A DNA stretch of 55,736 nt from a virus: positions 1 to 55,736 of IMG/VR virus record IMGVR_UViG_3300047163_000162; one strand, written 5' to 3'. A program made the position numbers and the translations under genes. Under the pieces are notes generated by a model. That model saw nothing but the letters and a program-made list of their open reading frames with translations, was not told the origin of the DNA and ran no database searches. Shown one piece after another: positions 44,890-52,422 of this stretch. The first letter of the stretch is position 1; every line of letters begins with the position of its first letter.

Positions 44890-44958
44890 GATGGGCCTCT
44901 GGGGGTTGGTTATGGATTACACCTTGTCACACATTCTAGCATCTGTCAAGTTACTCGG

Positions 44959-45255
44959 CTAGAGGTCAAGGCCGAGGTCTGTAAGCGTCACTTCAGTTAT
45001 CGGAGGAATAGCGCTCCGTCCAGACTGCGTAAAGCGCCGAGGCACTGGTGGCGGCGGCCGGTTGTGGAAAGACTCAAGAGCACAAAGTGCTGCCTCCGCT
45101 ACGTTGTCCCCCTCCCCATAGAAAAATCTGTCCCCAGGAAGAGATGGCAGGCGTTCGTGTATTGCGACTTTCCATTTGTTCTCTTTGGTTAAAGTTGCCT
45201 GCCAAAAACGTCCGCCGAAGGCCGATACCGCATTTTCTAGCTCTTCTAGGGTCAT
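44959..45255 (-). CDS. Hypothetical protein (98 aa)
   Basis: ATG at 45255 is ATGA-coupled (MTLEELENAV). Confidence 0.45.
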   Translation of the reverse strand: MTLEELENAVSAFGGRFWQATLTKENKWKVAIHERLPSLPGDRFFYGEGDNVAEAALCALESFHNRPPPPVPRRFTQSGRSAIPPITEVTLTDLGLDL

Positions 45256-45605
45256 TTCGCCTGCGCCTCTTTGCAAACTTCGTCCCAGATTTGCGAGGCA
45301 AACGGGTCTTTTGCTGTAGCCGCGTTGTAGGCGCTGCGAATGATCTGTGGCCAGTCTTTTGTTGGGGTTGATTGCAGCCATTGCTCGGCTGCCACAGCAA
45401 AGAGGCTGAAAAAATCTCTGGCGATATTTTCTGTGGAGAGCGTCTGGCACTTATGGTCGACATAAACAGAAGAGCCGTCGGAGAACTTGATCAGGGAGAA
45501 TTTTGTCCCTTTGACTTGGGAAGAAGTCGCGCCAAGCCAGTCGCCTGGAGTGGCTGAAACGCCGTTGGAAACTAGATTTGCGTAAAGCTGGGCTTCAGTG
45601 TACAT
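45252..45605 (-). CDS. Hypothetical protein (117 aa)
   Basis: ATG at 45605 (MYTEAQLY). The track's upstream extension overlaps the preceding gene. Confidence 0.45.
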   Translation of the reverse strand: MYTEAQLYANLVSNGVSATPGDWLGATSSQVKGTKFSLIKFSDGSSVYVDHKCQTLSTENIARDFFSLFAVAAEQWLQSTPTKDWPQIIRSAYNAATAKDPFASQIWDEVCKEAQAK

Positions 45606-45681
45606 GGGAAGAGCTTTCTTTGGGTTGGGGTTGGGAAATAGACTAAAATATATTTTGTGGCTTTTGGTGACTAGTGCAGAC

Positions 45682-45963
45682 CTAGACACTCTCCATCTGG
45701 TATATTTTATCTTGCAGAGCATGGCGGTATGCATCTGATGCTTCATGGATACGGGTTAGGGCGAGGGCTTCGCGAAGTGCCTCTAGCTGGTGATTTTGGG
45801 CTCTGGCGACAGCATCACCCAAGGCGCGCAGCAGCGCTTGCGCATGATGCGGATTCCTTGCTATCCAGTCCTGTGAAACAGTCCTTGGATCAATGACTTG
45901 ATCCTTGCGAGCTGTTCCGCAAGCAGGGCAGGTTTGGTCTAGTCTACTGCGTACTAGTGACAT
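45682..45963 (-). CDS. Hypothetical protein (93 aa) with CxxC
   Basis: ATG at 45963 with AAAGGA upstream. Contains TCPACGT. Confidence 0.45.
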   Translation of the reverse strand: MSLVRSRLDQTCPACGTARKDQVIDPRTVSQDWIARNPHHAQALLRALGDAVARAQNHQLEALREALALTRIHEASDAYRHALQDKIYQMESV

Positions 45964-45981
45964 GCTATCTATCCTTTCATT

Positions 45982-46209
45982 TTACTGTCTATATAGCGCT
46001 TCGCCTGCGCGGACAATCTCGGCGTACCAAGTACCATCTTTTACAGCGGCCTTAATTTGTTGATATGTCGGCCTCTCGATCGAGTCACTCGAAGTCACAT
46101 TCGTCAAAATCATTGCCATCTGCGCACTCGTGTGTGCAATCGTCAGGCTAGTCCTGCTCATGGTCCTCCATGTCGCAACAACAGACCATTCCACAATCAA
46201 CGCAGGCAT
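45982..46209 (-). CDS. Hypothetical protein (75 aa or shorter; alternative ATG at 46119)
   Basis: The C-terminal half (ERPTYQQIKAAVKDGTWYAEIVRAGEALYRQ) looks genuine. The 5' part competes with the 22-codon ORF at 46148-46216. Confidence 0.35.
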   Translation of the reverse strand: MPALIVEWSVVATWRTMSRTSLTIAHTSAQMAMILTNVTSSDSIERPTYQQIKAAVKDGTWYAEIVRAGEALYRQ

Positions 46210-46216
46210 GGCTCAT
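46148..46216 (-). CDS. 22-codon Cys/His-rich micro-ORF (MSHACVDCGMVCCCDMEDHEQD)
   Basis: ATG is ATGA-coupled to the upstream stop, with AAGGAG exactly 6 nt upstream (46223-46228). Translated by hand. Confidence 0.2.
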   Translation of the reverse strand: MSHACVDCGMVCCCDMEDHEQD

Positions 46217-46515
46217 ATCATGCTCCTTGTGTCAGGTTGATCATTTTGGAACGACGCAAGCACTATGGATTGGGAACAGTCAAAACGCTTAATTGCCTCA
46301 ATGCAAAAAGCATCTATGTTGCCGCGACAATTCGCCGCAAGCTGGGTTAGCTTTTGCGCGATCCCAGCGTCGGCCCCGATGCCAATTTCAGTGACTCCGG
46401 CTTCGCCCGGCTCCCACTCAACCCGAGCAATTAAGTTCATGCCAAGCTGCTGACACTTTTTGGCGATCTCGGCAAGCATAGGTGCGATAATCTCGTCATA
46501 TTTTTGCTCGCTCAT
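46213..46515 (-). CDS. Hypothetical protein (100 aa)
   Basis: ATGA-coupled ATG at 46515. Confidence 0.5.
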   Translation of the reverse strand: MSEQKYDEIIAPMLAEIAKKCQQLGMNLIARVEWEPGEAGVTEIGIGADAGIAQKLTQLAANCRGNIDAFCIEAIKRFDCSQSIVLASFQNDQPDTRSMI

Positions 46516-46805
46516 TTGATTTCCCCATGTGTCAGGATGCCTCGCACCCGATTTATTGAATTATTGTAATCAATCAGCATCTGGTCAAAGATTTTATCAG
46601 AGGCTGCTGCCTTCTTCCCGCCGCGGTCTAAAAGCGAAGTCGCTGCGACTAAATGGGCAAGTGCGTCCTTGGCAGCAGCCTCAAGCGCCTCAATGCGGTC
46701 GGCGGCTTGCAGTGCCGTGGCACGAGCCTCTGTCAGGCTGTTTGGCTGTACAATCCAGCGCGGCAACTTCCTTGCAAGGCGGCGCAATGCTGTAACTTCG
46801 CTCAT
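46512..46805 (-). CDS. Hypothetical helical protein (97 aa)
   Basis: ATG at 46805 with AAGGA upstream. Confidence 0.5.
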   Translation of the reverse strand: MSEVTALRRLARKLPRWIVQPNSLTEARATALQAADRIEALEAAAKDALAHLVAATSLLDRGGKKAAASDKIFDQMLIDYNNSINRVRGILTHGEIK

Positions 46806-46821
46806 TTTTCTGATCCTTCTG

Positions 46822-47004
46822 TCATGTCCGGCGCGCTTGTTCGAGCCGGTAGTTGTTCAGGGCGAGCAGCAGCTCACCCATCGCATCACGCATCGGCGCA
46901 CTGGCGCGTATCCGCCCCGTAGAGGGGGTGAGATATTTCTTGCGGTAAGCATCGCTAAAATTTTCGATGGCTTCGGCCAAGAGTGCGGCAGGGTCAGCCC
47001 TCAT
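46822..47004 (-). CDS. Hypothetical protein (60 aa)
   Basis: ATG at 47004 with AAGGAG 7 nt upstream. Confidence 0.45.
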   Translation of the reverse strand: MRADPAALLAEAIENFSDAYRKKYLTPSTGRIRASAPMRDAMGELLLALNNYRLEQARRT

Positions 47005-47389
47005 TTAATGTCTCCTTCTTATTGGCAATTTCAAGAAGCACTTCTGCGTGGCACGGCTTATCGAGTGCGCACCAGCAGGCGAGATTTTTACCTCGCAGGG
47101 CGGACCTCGCCTTGTCCCGCAAGTTTGATTGTTTATCTAAATTAATCCACGTCCGAAAAGCAGAAACCGCAACTGTCAATGCTTTATCTTTGTCATCCAA
47201 AATCCACATTGCTGGGCCTTCAAACGTCCCGACTATCCAGCTGAATCCTTCGACGCCTTGGCATGTAAACTTGCCTTTTGCGACCCGAAACGGGTTCCCA
47301 AATCCTGTTGTGCGGTCCACAACAACCGTGTTTTTCGGCATATGCCATCCTTTCGCACGCTTGCGTTGCACCCTTTGCGGCTGGCTCAT
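46994..47389 (-). CDS. DUF4326-family protein (131 aa)
   Basis: ATGA-coupled ATG at 47389. VVVDRTTGFGNPFRV...FRTWI...LRGKNLACWCALDKPCHAEVLLEI matches the recalled DUF4326 signature. Confidence 0.7.
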   Translation of the reverse strand: MSQPQRVQRKRAKGWHMPKNTVVVDRTTGFGNPFRVAKGKFTCQGVEGFSWIVGTFEGPAMWILDDKDKALTVAVSAFRTWINLDKQSNLRDKARSALRGKNLACWCALDKPCHAEVLLEIANKKETLNEG

Positions 47390-47985
47390 TTGCTGAATGT
47401 CTCCAAAGGTTGATCCTGACGGATATAGAGCGGATGTTTCGGATGACCGGCGCGCGTTTTGCCCAAGCACCACAGTTTGCGCGGCGGGTGGTTCAGCCAG
47501 CCCAATACGGTCTCATCTTGAGCGGCGTGGCTTCCATGAGCGCCCCATGCGCAGACGATCTTCCCGGCGTCGGAACTCGCATCGGTAACGTGCTTCTGGT
47601 TTTGCCACCCAACAGGATCGGCGCTCTCGGGCAGCGCCAACATATCGGCCGGACAGGTGGCGCGATAGGCAAATAGGTTGACAACCTCCATGCGGTCGTA
47701 ACCCCACGCCTTAGTAAATGCCACGCAGCGGCGGATTGTCGGATCGTCCACGTCGCCATCCGCAGTTGACGGGTTGAGCATCACAAATAGGCATGTGAGC
47801 GGTTCTCCAACCTCATGCCCGGCGCCATCCTTGAAGCCGAGCCAGCGCCAGCGTTTGCCCGAATTTTCATCGCGCCATTCGCGCCACAGGCGATAACGGT
47901 ACTTGCCGCATGGCGAAATGATCGCGCCAGAATTGACGTATTTCGGCTTGACGATCAGCGGCTCTAAACCGAGAAAATCGCTCAT
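47386..47985 (-). CDS. DUF1643-family protein (199 aa)
   Basis: ATGA-coupled. CGKYRYRLWREW...LFVMLNPSTADGDVDDPTIRRCVAFTKAWGYDRMEVVNLFAYR...CAWG...GHPKHPLY matches the recalled DUF1643 signature. Confidence 0.75.
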   Translation of the reverse strand: MSDFLGLEPLIVKPKYVNSGAIISPCGKYRYRLWREWRDENSGKRWRWLGFKDGAGHEVGEPLTCLFVMLNPSTADGDVDDPTIRRCVAFTKAWGYDRMEVVNLFAYRATCPADMLALPESADPVGWQNQKHVTDASSDAGKIVCAWGAHGSHAAQDETVLGWLNHPPRKLWCLGKTRAGHPKHPLYIRQDQPLETFSK

Positions 47986-48176
47986 CTGCTTTCCAATCTC
48001 TCAAAACGACCGTCTTCAAACTCGCTCGTTGGACGAGCCCACATCCTGCCGTCATCGCCGCAGTAAACGGTAAGCAAATCGCCCTCTCGGATAAGGTCTT
48101 CGCTCTGCACCGTTGCGCGGCCGATTTCCTTATAAACTGTCTGCCGTTTCAAGTGTCGCCATAGCTTGCGCCTCAT
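47982..48176 (-). CDS. DUF1653-like protein (64 aa)
   Basis: ATGA-coupled. VYKEIGRATVQSEDLIREGDLLTVYCGDDGRMWARPTSEFEDGRFE resembles the DUF1653 pattern (Y..lg.a.hSE...VvY...g..WvRP...F). Confidence 0.55.
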   Translation of the reverse strand: MRRKLWRHLKRQTVYKEIGRATVQSEDLIREGDLLTVYCGDDGRMWARPTSEFEDGRFERLESR

Positions 48177-48424
48177 TTGTCAGTCCCCTTGTCGGGTTCG
48201 AGGGGCGGCGGTTCTGGCAAGGGCATCCATCGCGTCGGCTGAAATGGAACGCGCTTGTTATCGCCTCCAATCCAGTACAGTTGCGAAGGGCCGCCCCATC
48301 GGCAAACGCAGTAAAACGATTGCCCCCACAGCCCCAATATCTCCGGCGAATGATGGTTGACAGTAGAAATCGGCGGGCGAAAAGTGCGGGGCGCTGTTTC
48401 TATCGGTTGCCAATCGCTCGTCAT
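48173..48424 (-). CDS. Hypothetical protein (83 aa) with WQPIETAP motif
   Basis: ATGA-coupled. MTSDWQPIETAP... is an N-terminal motif seen in many small phage proteins (DUF551-like). Confidence 0.5.
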   Translation of the reverse strand: MTSDWQPIETAPRTFRPPISTVNHHSPEILGLWGQSFYCVCRWGGPSQLYWIGGDNKRVPFQPTRWMPLPEPPPLEPDKGTDK

Positions 48425-48627
48425 CGGGACTGCCTTTCAAGTTTCAAAGCTTGTTGCTGTACCGCAGCCCACATAATCGCTCGGTATTCAGGCGGCCATT
48501 TCATGATGTCCATCTCGCGCTTTAGAGGCGCGAGTAAATCCTCTGCCTTCTTAAGAATCCTATTGCTCAAGGCAATTTCTTTCGCACTGGCGCGCGCCAG
48601 TATGTCAGCGGGATCAAGACTGCTCAT
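48421..48627 (-). CDS. Hypothetical protein (68 aa)
   Basis: ATG at 48627 is ATGA-coupled (MSSLDPADIL). Confidence 0.45.
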   Translation of the reverse strand: MSSLDPADILARASAKEIALSNRILKKAEDLLAPLKREMDIMKWPPEYRAIMWAAVQQQALKLERQSR

Positions 48628-48797
48628 ATGTCGTCCTCCGCATCTTCCTGGCACATTGGACAATTCCACCAGCCAGGGCAAGAGCCGGGCAAATCGGGGT
48701 AGCCACACTTGCAGCCATGGAATTGCGCACGGCGCTCATCTATTGCCTCGCGGCGGAGGTCTTCGTCGTAGTGTTCGGGAGTGCGGTTGAAGATCAT
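48624..48797 (-). CDS. Cys-rich hypothetical protein (57 aa; alternative ATG at 48893 gives 89 aa)
   Basis: GCKCGYPDLPGSCPGWWNCPMCQ is a Cys cluster. The start is uncertain. Confidence 0.4.
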   Translation of the reverse strand: MIFNRTPEHYDEDLRREAIDERRAQFHGCKCGYPDLPGSCPGWWNCPMCQEDAEDDI

Positions 48798-48954
48798 GAT
48801 TTGCGGTCTCCGGGGTTGAGAGATGATATTGCGTCTGCGGCAGACCTTACGCCCCAGGCTTCGCCATCGAGTAAAGGTTTCCAGTGTTTGCATTGCTGGC
48901 AAGAATTCATTTGATTTCTCAGTTGTCCAATTTCTGTAATGGGCTGCTCTCAAC

Positions 48955-49101
48955 TCAACAGTTTAGAACATAAATCATCGCGGCAAGGGCTGTTAGCCCG
49001 CCAAGAGTTGCCGCAAGCCAGGGAGGCGCCCTGCAGAGGGCAAAAAAGGAACCAGAGACTAACATGATTAGGTAAAGAGCGATGAGAAGGAGAATTATCA
49101 T
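48955..49101 (-). CDS. 48-aa double-TM micro-protein
   Basis: ATG at 49101 is ATGA-coupled to the Zn-finger gene. MIILLLIALYLIMLVSGSFFALCRAPPWLAATLGGLTALAAMIYVLNC. Confidence 0.4.
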   Translation of the reverse strand: MIILLLIALYLIMLVSGSFFALCRAPPWLAATLGGLTALAAMIYVLNC

Positions 49102-49301
49102 GCCGACGTCCGCCTGGGCTGGCTGAGCAGAAGAAGCCGAGCTGCTTCGGTTTTGGATAGAGTTTGAATAGAGGATAGGCTGGTTAGGAAGATGCCGGTG
49201 CCGCTGCAGTCTGGGCAGGTTTGCCATCTGCGTTGTTTGTGCGGCTGAGTTACTAATATGCCGCCTTTTCCGTCGCAGGAGGTGCAGGTTAGTTTACGCA
49301 T
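49098..49301 (-). CDS. DnaJ-type CxxCxGxG zinc-finger mini-protein (67 aa)
   Basis: AGGAG 6 nt upstream. Contains CTSCDGKG and CPDCSGTG. Confidence 0.55.
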   Translation of the reverse strand: MRKLTCTSCDGKGGILVTQPHKQRRWQTCPDCSGTGIFLTSLSSIQTLSKTEAARLLLLSQPRRTSA

Positions 49302-49329
49302 GAGGGACTCCTATGGTGAGTTGTTGTAC

Positions 49330-50385
49330 TCAGTTAAATTCTGTAGCTTCACCTTTGCGAGTAAGGTAGTCGCCAGACACGGATTTAAGAATTACGCGCC
49401 CTATTGTTTTGTCGCGCCGTTCAGCTACGGGCACGACAACCAACCCCTCGCGGATATGCGAGGCACCGCCAAGAACCGTCTTACCGTCGGTATGCTCGTA
49501 CATCACATTGCGTGAAAACGGTCCCCGGTAGAGAACCGGCAAACGCTCAATCCCCAGGCCAGCGACCGCTTGAGAAAAATCATCGCGACCGAGAAATCTG
49601 CCATCAACCCAAATATCGAATGCGGCAAATGCCTTATCATTTCGGCCATACGCAAGGTCTTGAACGCCAGCGCCATAAGTCTCCCCAAGGACATGAACCG
49701 TTTTATCTGGAAACACGCGCCGAATGGCAGCGTGAAGATCAAGAGACTTCGCGACCTGCATATAAACGTTGCCCGCATTTGACGCTGTGTCCTTGAAAAC
49801 AAGGCCCTTAGCGCCAAGGCCCTTAGAATAGACCAAGCCGTCGCCACCAACCATTTCGTCGTGGCCAAGTCCGGGAATGACGGCAATGCCGGTAAAAGTG
49901 CCATGCGCTTTTTCGGTCATCTCAACTTCTTCGCTTTCTTCAAGAACTTCTGGGAAAGCCTTGAAATTTTCTATGTCGTATTTCAACGGATAGCCAAACA
50001 GATTAGCGACATCGCCCGCCATATGAGTCGGGATTTGCGGCTCGTATTTCACAACCCCAAGGATGCCAGCCACACAATCACCTTCATTCGAGTTTTCTGG
50101 CACTCTATCGTAGATAATTCCTTGGCTCAAACAACCACGAAGGCGGATGGCTTTAATTCGGTTTTTGGCCGCACCTGCCAGTTTGCCCGTCAGGCCCAAT
50201 TCTTCAATCAGCGCGTCAGGCAGAACTGATGCTTCTGGCAAATACACGACCCTATCCCCAGGCTGAAATGCGCCCTTCCTCACAACTGAACGGTAATCAC
50301 CGATCACCACAAGCTCAATAGCATCAGCGTTTGGGATTGCCTCGATGTTACGAATACGCACGACGGGCACCAAAAAATTAGACAT
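49330..50385 (-). CDS. RNA ligase, DraRnl (DRB0094)/Rnl5-like (351 aa)
   Basis: The N-terminal OB-like module VPVVRIRNIEAIPNADAIELVVIGDYRSVVRKGAFQPGDRVVYLPEASVLP matches the recalled DRB0094-family start. TEKAHGT is the candidate K-x-x-G nucleotidyl-transferase motif I. Confidence 0.7.
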   Translation of the reverse strand: MSNFLVPVVRIRNIEAIPNADAIELVVIGDYRSVVRKGAFQPGDRVVYLPEASVLPDALIEELGLTGKLAGAAKNRIKAIRLRGCLSQGIIYDRVPENSNEGDCVAGILGVVKYEPQIPTHMAGDVANLFGYPLKYDIENFKAFPEVLEESEEVEMTEKAHGTFTGIAVIPGLGHDEMVGGDGLVYSKGLGAKGLVFKDTASNAGNVYMQVAKSLDLHAAIRRVFPDKTVHVLGETYGAGVQDLAYGRNDKAFAAFDIWVDGRFLGRDDFSQAVAGLGIERLPVLYRGPFSRNVMYEHTDGKTVLGGASHIREGLVVVPVAERRDKTIGRVILKSVSGDYLTRKGEATEFN

Positions 50386-50421
50386 ATTTAGCCCTCTGGA
50401 TGAAATCGGTGGTTGTTGGAC

Positions 50422-50721
50422 TCAGGCTCGTTTTGCCATGACGGCTTTGACTACTTCCGGCTCCATTCTCGGAACAATAGGCAAGTTCATGTAAGATGCC
50501 TGGAAGTGTCGGAACCAGAGCGCCATATCACGTGTTGTTAGCTCGCGCATGTGCCAGCGGATTTCTTGGATCAGGGTCGAGATTAGGTTTGAGTCCAAAA
50601 GCACAAAGCTGTGCCCCCCTATGGCTAGGATAAGCCTTGGAGTTGGATGGACCTCCAGAAAGGCACGCTGGCCGCTATAGGCGTAGATTAGTTCAGGGCT
50701 GGCGCCAATGGCAAGGGACAT
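50422..50721 (-). CDS. Hypothetical protein (99 aa)
   Basis: ATG at 50721 with AGGAG 7 nt upstream. The track's longer start would run into palindromic element copy 4. Confidence 0.5.
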   Translation of the reverse strand: MSLAIGASPELIYAYSGQRAFLEVHPTPRLILAIGGHSFVLLDSNLISTLIQEIRWHMRELTTRDMALWFRHFQASYMNLPIVPRMEPEVVKAVMAKRA

Positions 50722-50776
50722 AGGGTTTCTCCTAGATTGCGGTTTAGCACGGTGTAGTGTGTGGGGCAAGGTATAG

Positions 50777-50803
50777 CCCACCTATGGTTGACCCATAGGT
50801 GGG
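50777..50803. repeat. 27-bp palindromic element, copy 4 (B/B, perfect)
   Basis: CCCACCTATGG-TTGAC-CCATAGGTGGG, the reverse complement of copy 3. Intergenic between DUF932 and the next gene. Confidence 0.9.
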
Positions 50804-50811
50804 CCAAGCAC

Positions 50812-51813
50812 CTAAACCAACTCATAGTCCTTGCGTAGAATATCCAGGGCTTTCTCCTTCATCCGATCCCCCGCCCCGAACCACGCGGAGTCCAGCCGGT
50901 TGTTGCTGGATTTTGCGCGAGCCTGGAAGTCGACAAACTCTGTTACCGCGTTAAGCCAGCCCCAGGCGGTGCCAGTTGCACCATCGAGATCAGAGCCGAG
51001 TGCGCCGCCAAAGGTGAGGTGAAGGATAGAACTGCCTGCGGCAGACTCTAGGGCCTTGGTGGTTTCCTCGGTGGAGGGGTTCGATTGGGGAAGAAGAAGA
51101 TTTGCTGTTTTCTTAGCAACGGTGCCGGGGGTGAACTTGATCTCTGCAAGTTTGCGGAAGATAGAGAGCTGGGCAGAGAACCGCTCCCGCGCGTCGGAAA
51201 GGCCCAGGCTGGCTTTGACATCGGCGGGGTTCCACTGCGAGCGGTGTGTCACGCGGACTCTTGCCGCGGCCTCTTTTGCCAAGCGCAGTGTGTTGTTGCA
51301 GACTACGCGAACTGAGGTAAACCGGGCCTCGGTGGCCATGGATCCGTCGCAGGAGGTGGAAAGAAGCAAGAAGCCGCCGATGGTATCGCGTAGGTCTGCC
51401 ACTGGCATGTCCTCTGTAATCCTGGCTAGTGCCCAGAACTTACGGCCCTCATAGAGGGTCCCGGCGGTTTCCAGGGCAAAGCCAAGGCTCTCAGTCAGGT
51501 CCCGGAAGAACTCCAGAACTTCCTTTGGCTGAACTACTTGGTAGGCGGAGGATACAATGGAGAGCGGTTTGGTGTTGTCGCTGCGGAAGAGAACCTTGCG
51601 GTCTGGAACGACCAAAGGAGATGCATTTGCGTCTGGTTGGAACGTCGCAGACGCTTGCTCGATGGTCCAGGCCATGCCTGCTGCCTGCTGCCATTGGTCG
51701 ATGGTTTGGCCGGGAGGTAGGGCTTGGCCTAGGCCGTGCCATGGAGTGCCGCCGGTGGTGGCATAGGCCATCTCGGCAAGACCCAGGGAGTTGAAGGTGA
51801 GTTCATGGGACAT
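50812..51813 (-). CDS. DUF932 (phage/plasmid-like protein) family (333 aa)
   Basis: ATG at 51813 (the track's 51849 start is TTG). LAEMAYATTGGTPWHGLGQALP...VPDRKVLFRSDNTKPLSIVSSAYQVVQPKEVLEFF...GTLYEGRKFWALARI matches the recalled DUF932 signature. Confidence 0.8.
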   Translation of the reverse strand: MSHELTFNSLGLAEMAYATTGGTPWHGLGQALPPGQTIDQWQQAAGMAWTIEQASATFQPDANASPLVVPDRKVLFRSDNTKPLSIVSSAYQVVQPKEVLEFFRDLTESLGFALETAGTLYEGRKFWALARITEDMPVADLRDTIGGFLLLSTSCDGSMATEARFTSVRVVCNNTLRLAKEAAARVRVTHRSQWNPADVKASLGLSDARERFSAQLSIFRKLAEIKFTPGTVAKKTANLLLPQSNPSTEETTKALESAAGSSILHLTFGGALGSDLDGATGTAWGWLNAVTEFVDFQARAKSSNNRLDSAWFGAGDRMKEKALDILRKDYELV

Positions 51814-51988
51814 GGGGGAGGATTCCTTGGTTGGATTGGTGGAGGACAAAAATCAGGAAAAAGATGAAAGCAGCACAGCCGGCTAGAAGGACAATTATGG
51901 TCCAGGCTAGTATGAAGAACAGCATGGTGCTTTTGACCGGCGGAGGGCTGGGCGCTGAAGGCACCACGTTGAAAGAAAGTTTGCTCAT
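51803..51988 (-). CDS. Small membrane protein (61 aa)
   Basis: ATGA-coupled ATG at 51988. TM segment MLFFILAWTIIVLLAGCAAFIFFLIFVL. Confidence 0.45.
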   Translation of the reverse strand: MSKLSFNVVPSAPSPPPVKSTMLFFILAWTIIVLLAGCAAFIFFLIFVLHQSNQGILPHVP

Positions 51989-52416
51989 GAGAAGGGTTTC
52001 GGTTGCGGTTCTGAGTAAAGTAATTTAAATTCTGCCCCAATCTCTCTCAAACGGTTCTCTCCATTTAAATCTAGCCCGCTTGGCCCCCAATATCCAGTAG
52101 TATCATGCATAGCCTGCAATTTTTCTAACAATGGCAGTTGACGGCTCTCGAATAAAGTTTTTATCTCAGTATAATGGTGCCACAAAAATGTTATACTTCT
52201 ATTCTCCAGCCCGCCTTTGTAAATTTCATCTGGAAGCAGGCAGCCTATTGCACAACTGTGGCTGTCTTTTCCTCGATAGAGGCACATTCCACATAAGTTT
52301 ATGGATTGGCAGCCTTGCCCGCGTAGGTGGAGGACAACTTTGGTAAAGATTTCTTGGTTGGAGAGTGGCATGGGGCAGGGCTCCGGGGGTTGGGGTTGAG
52401 ATTGCAGTTTAAACAT
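51985..52416 (-). CDS. Cys-rich hypothetical protein (143 aa; alternative ATG at 52371)
   Basis: Contains CGMCLYRGKDSHSCAIGCLLPDE. Family not recognised. Confidence 0.5.
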   Translation of the reverse strand: MFKLQSQPQPPEPCPMPLSNQEIFTKVVLHLRGQGCQSINLCGMCLYRGKDSHSCAIGCLLPDEIYKGGLENRSITFLWHHYTEIKTLFESRQLPLLEKLQAMHDTTGYWGPSGLDLNGENRLREIGAEFKLLYSEPQPKPFS

Positions 52417-52422
52417 TGTTAC

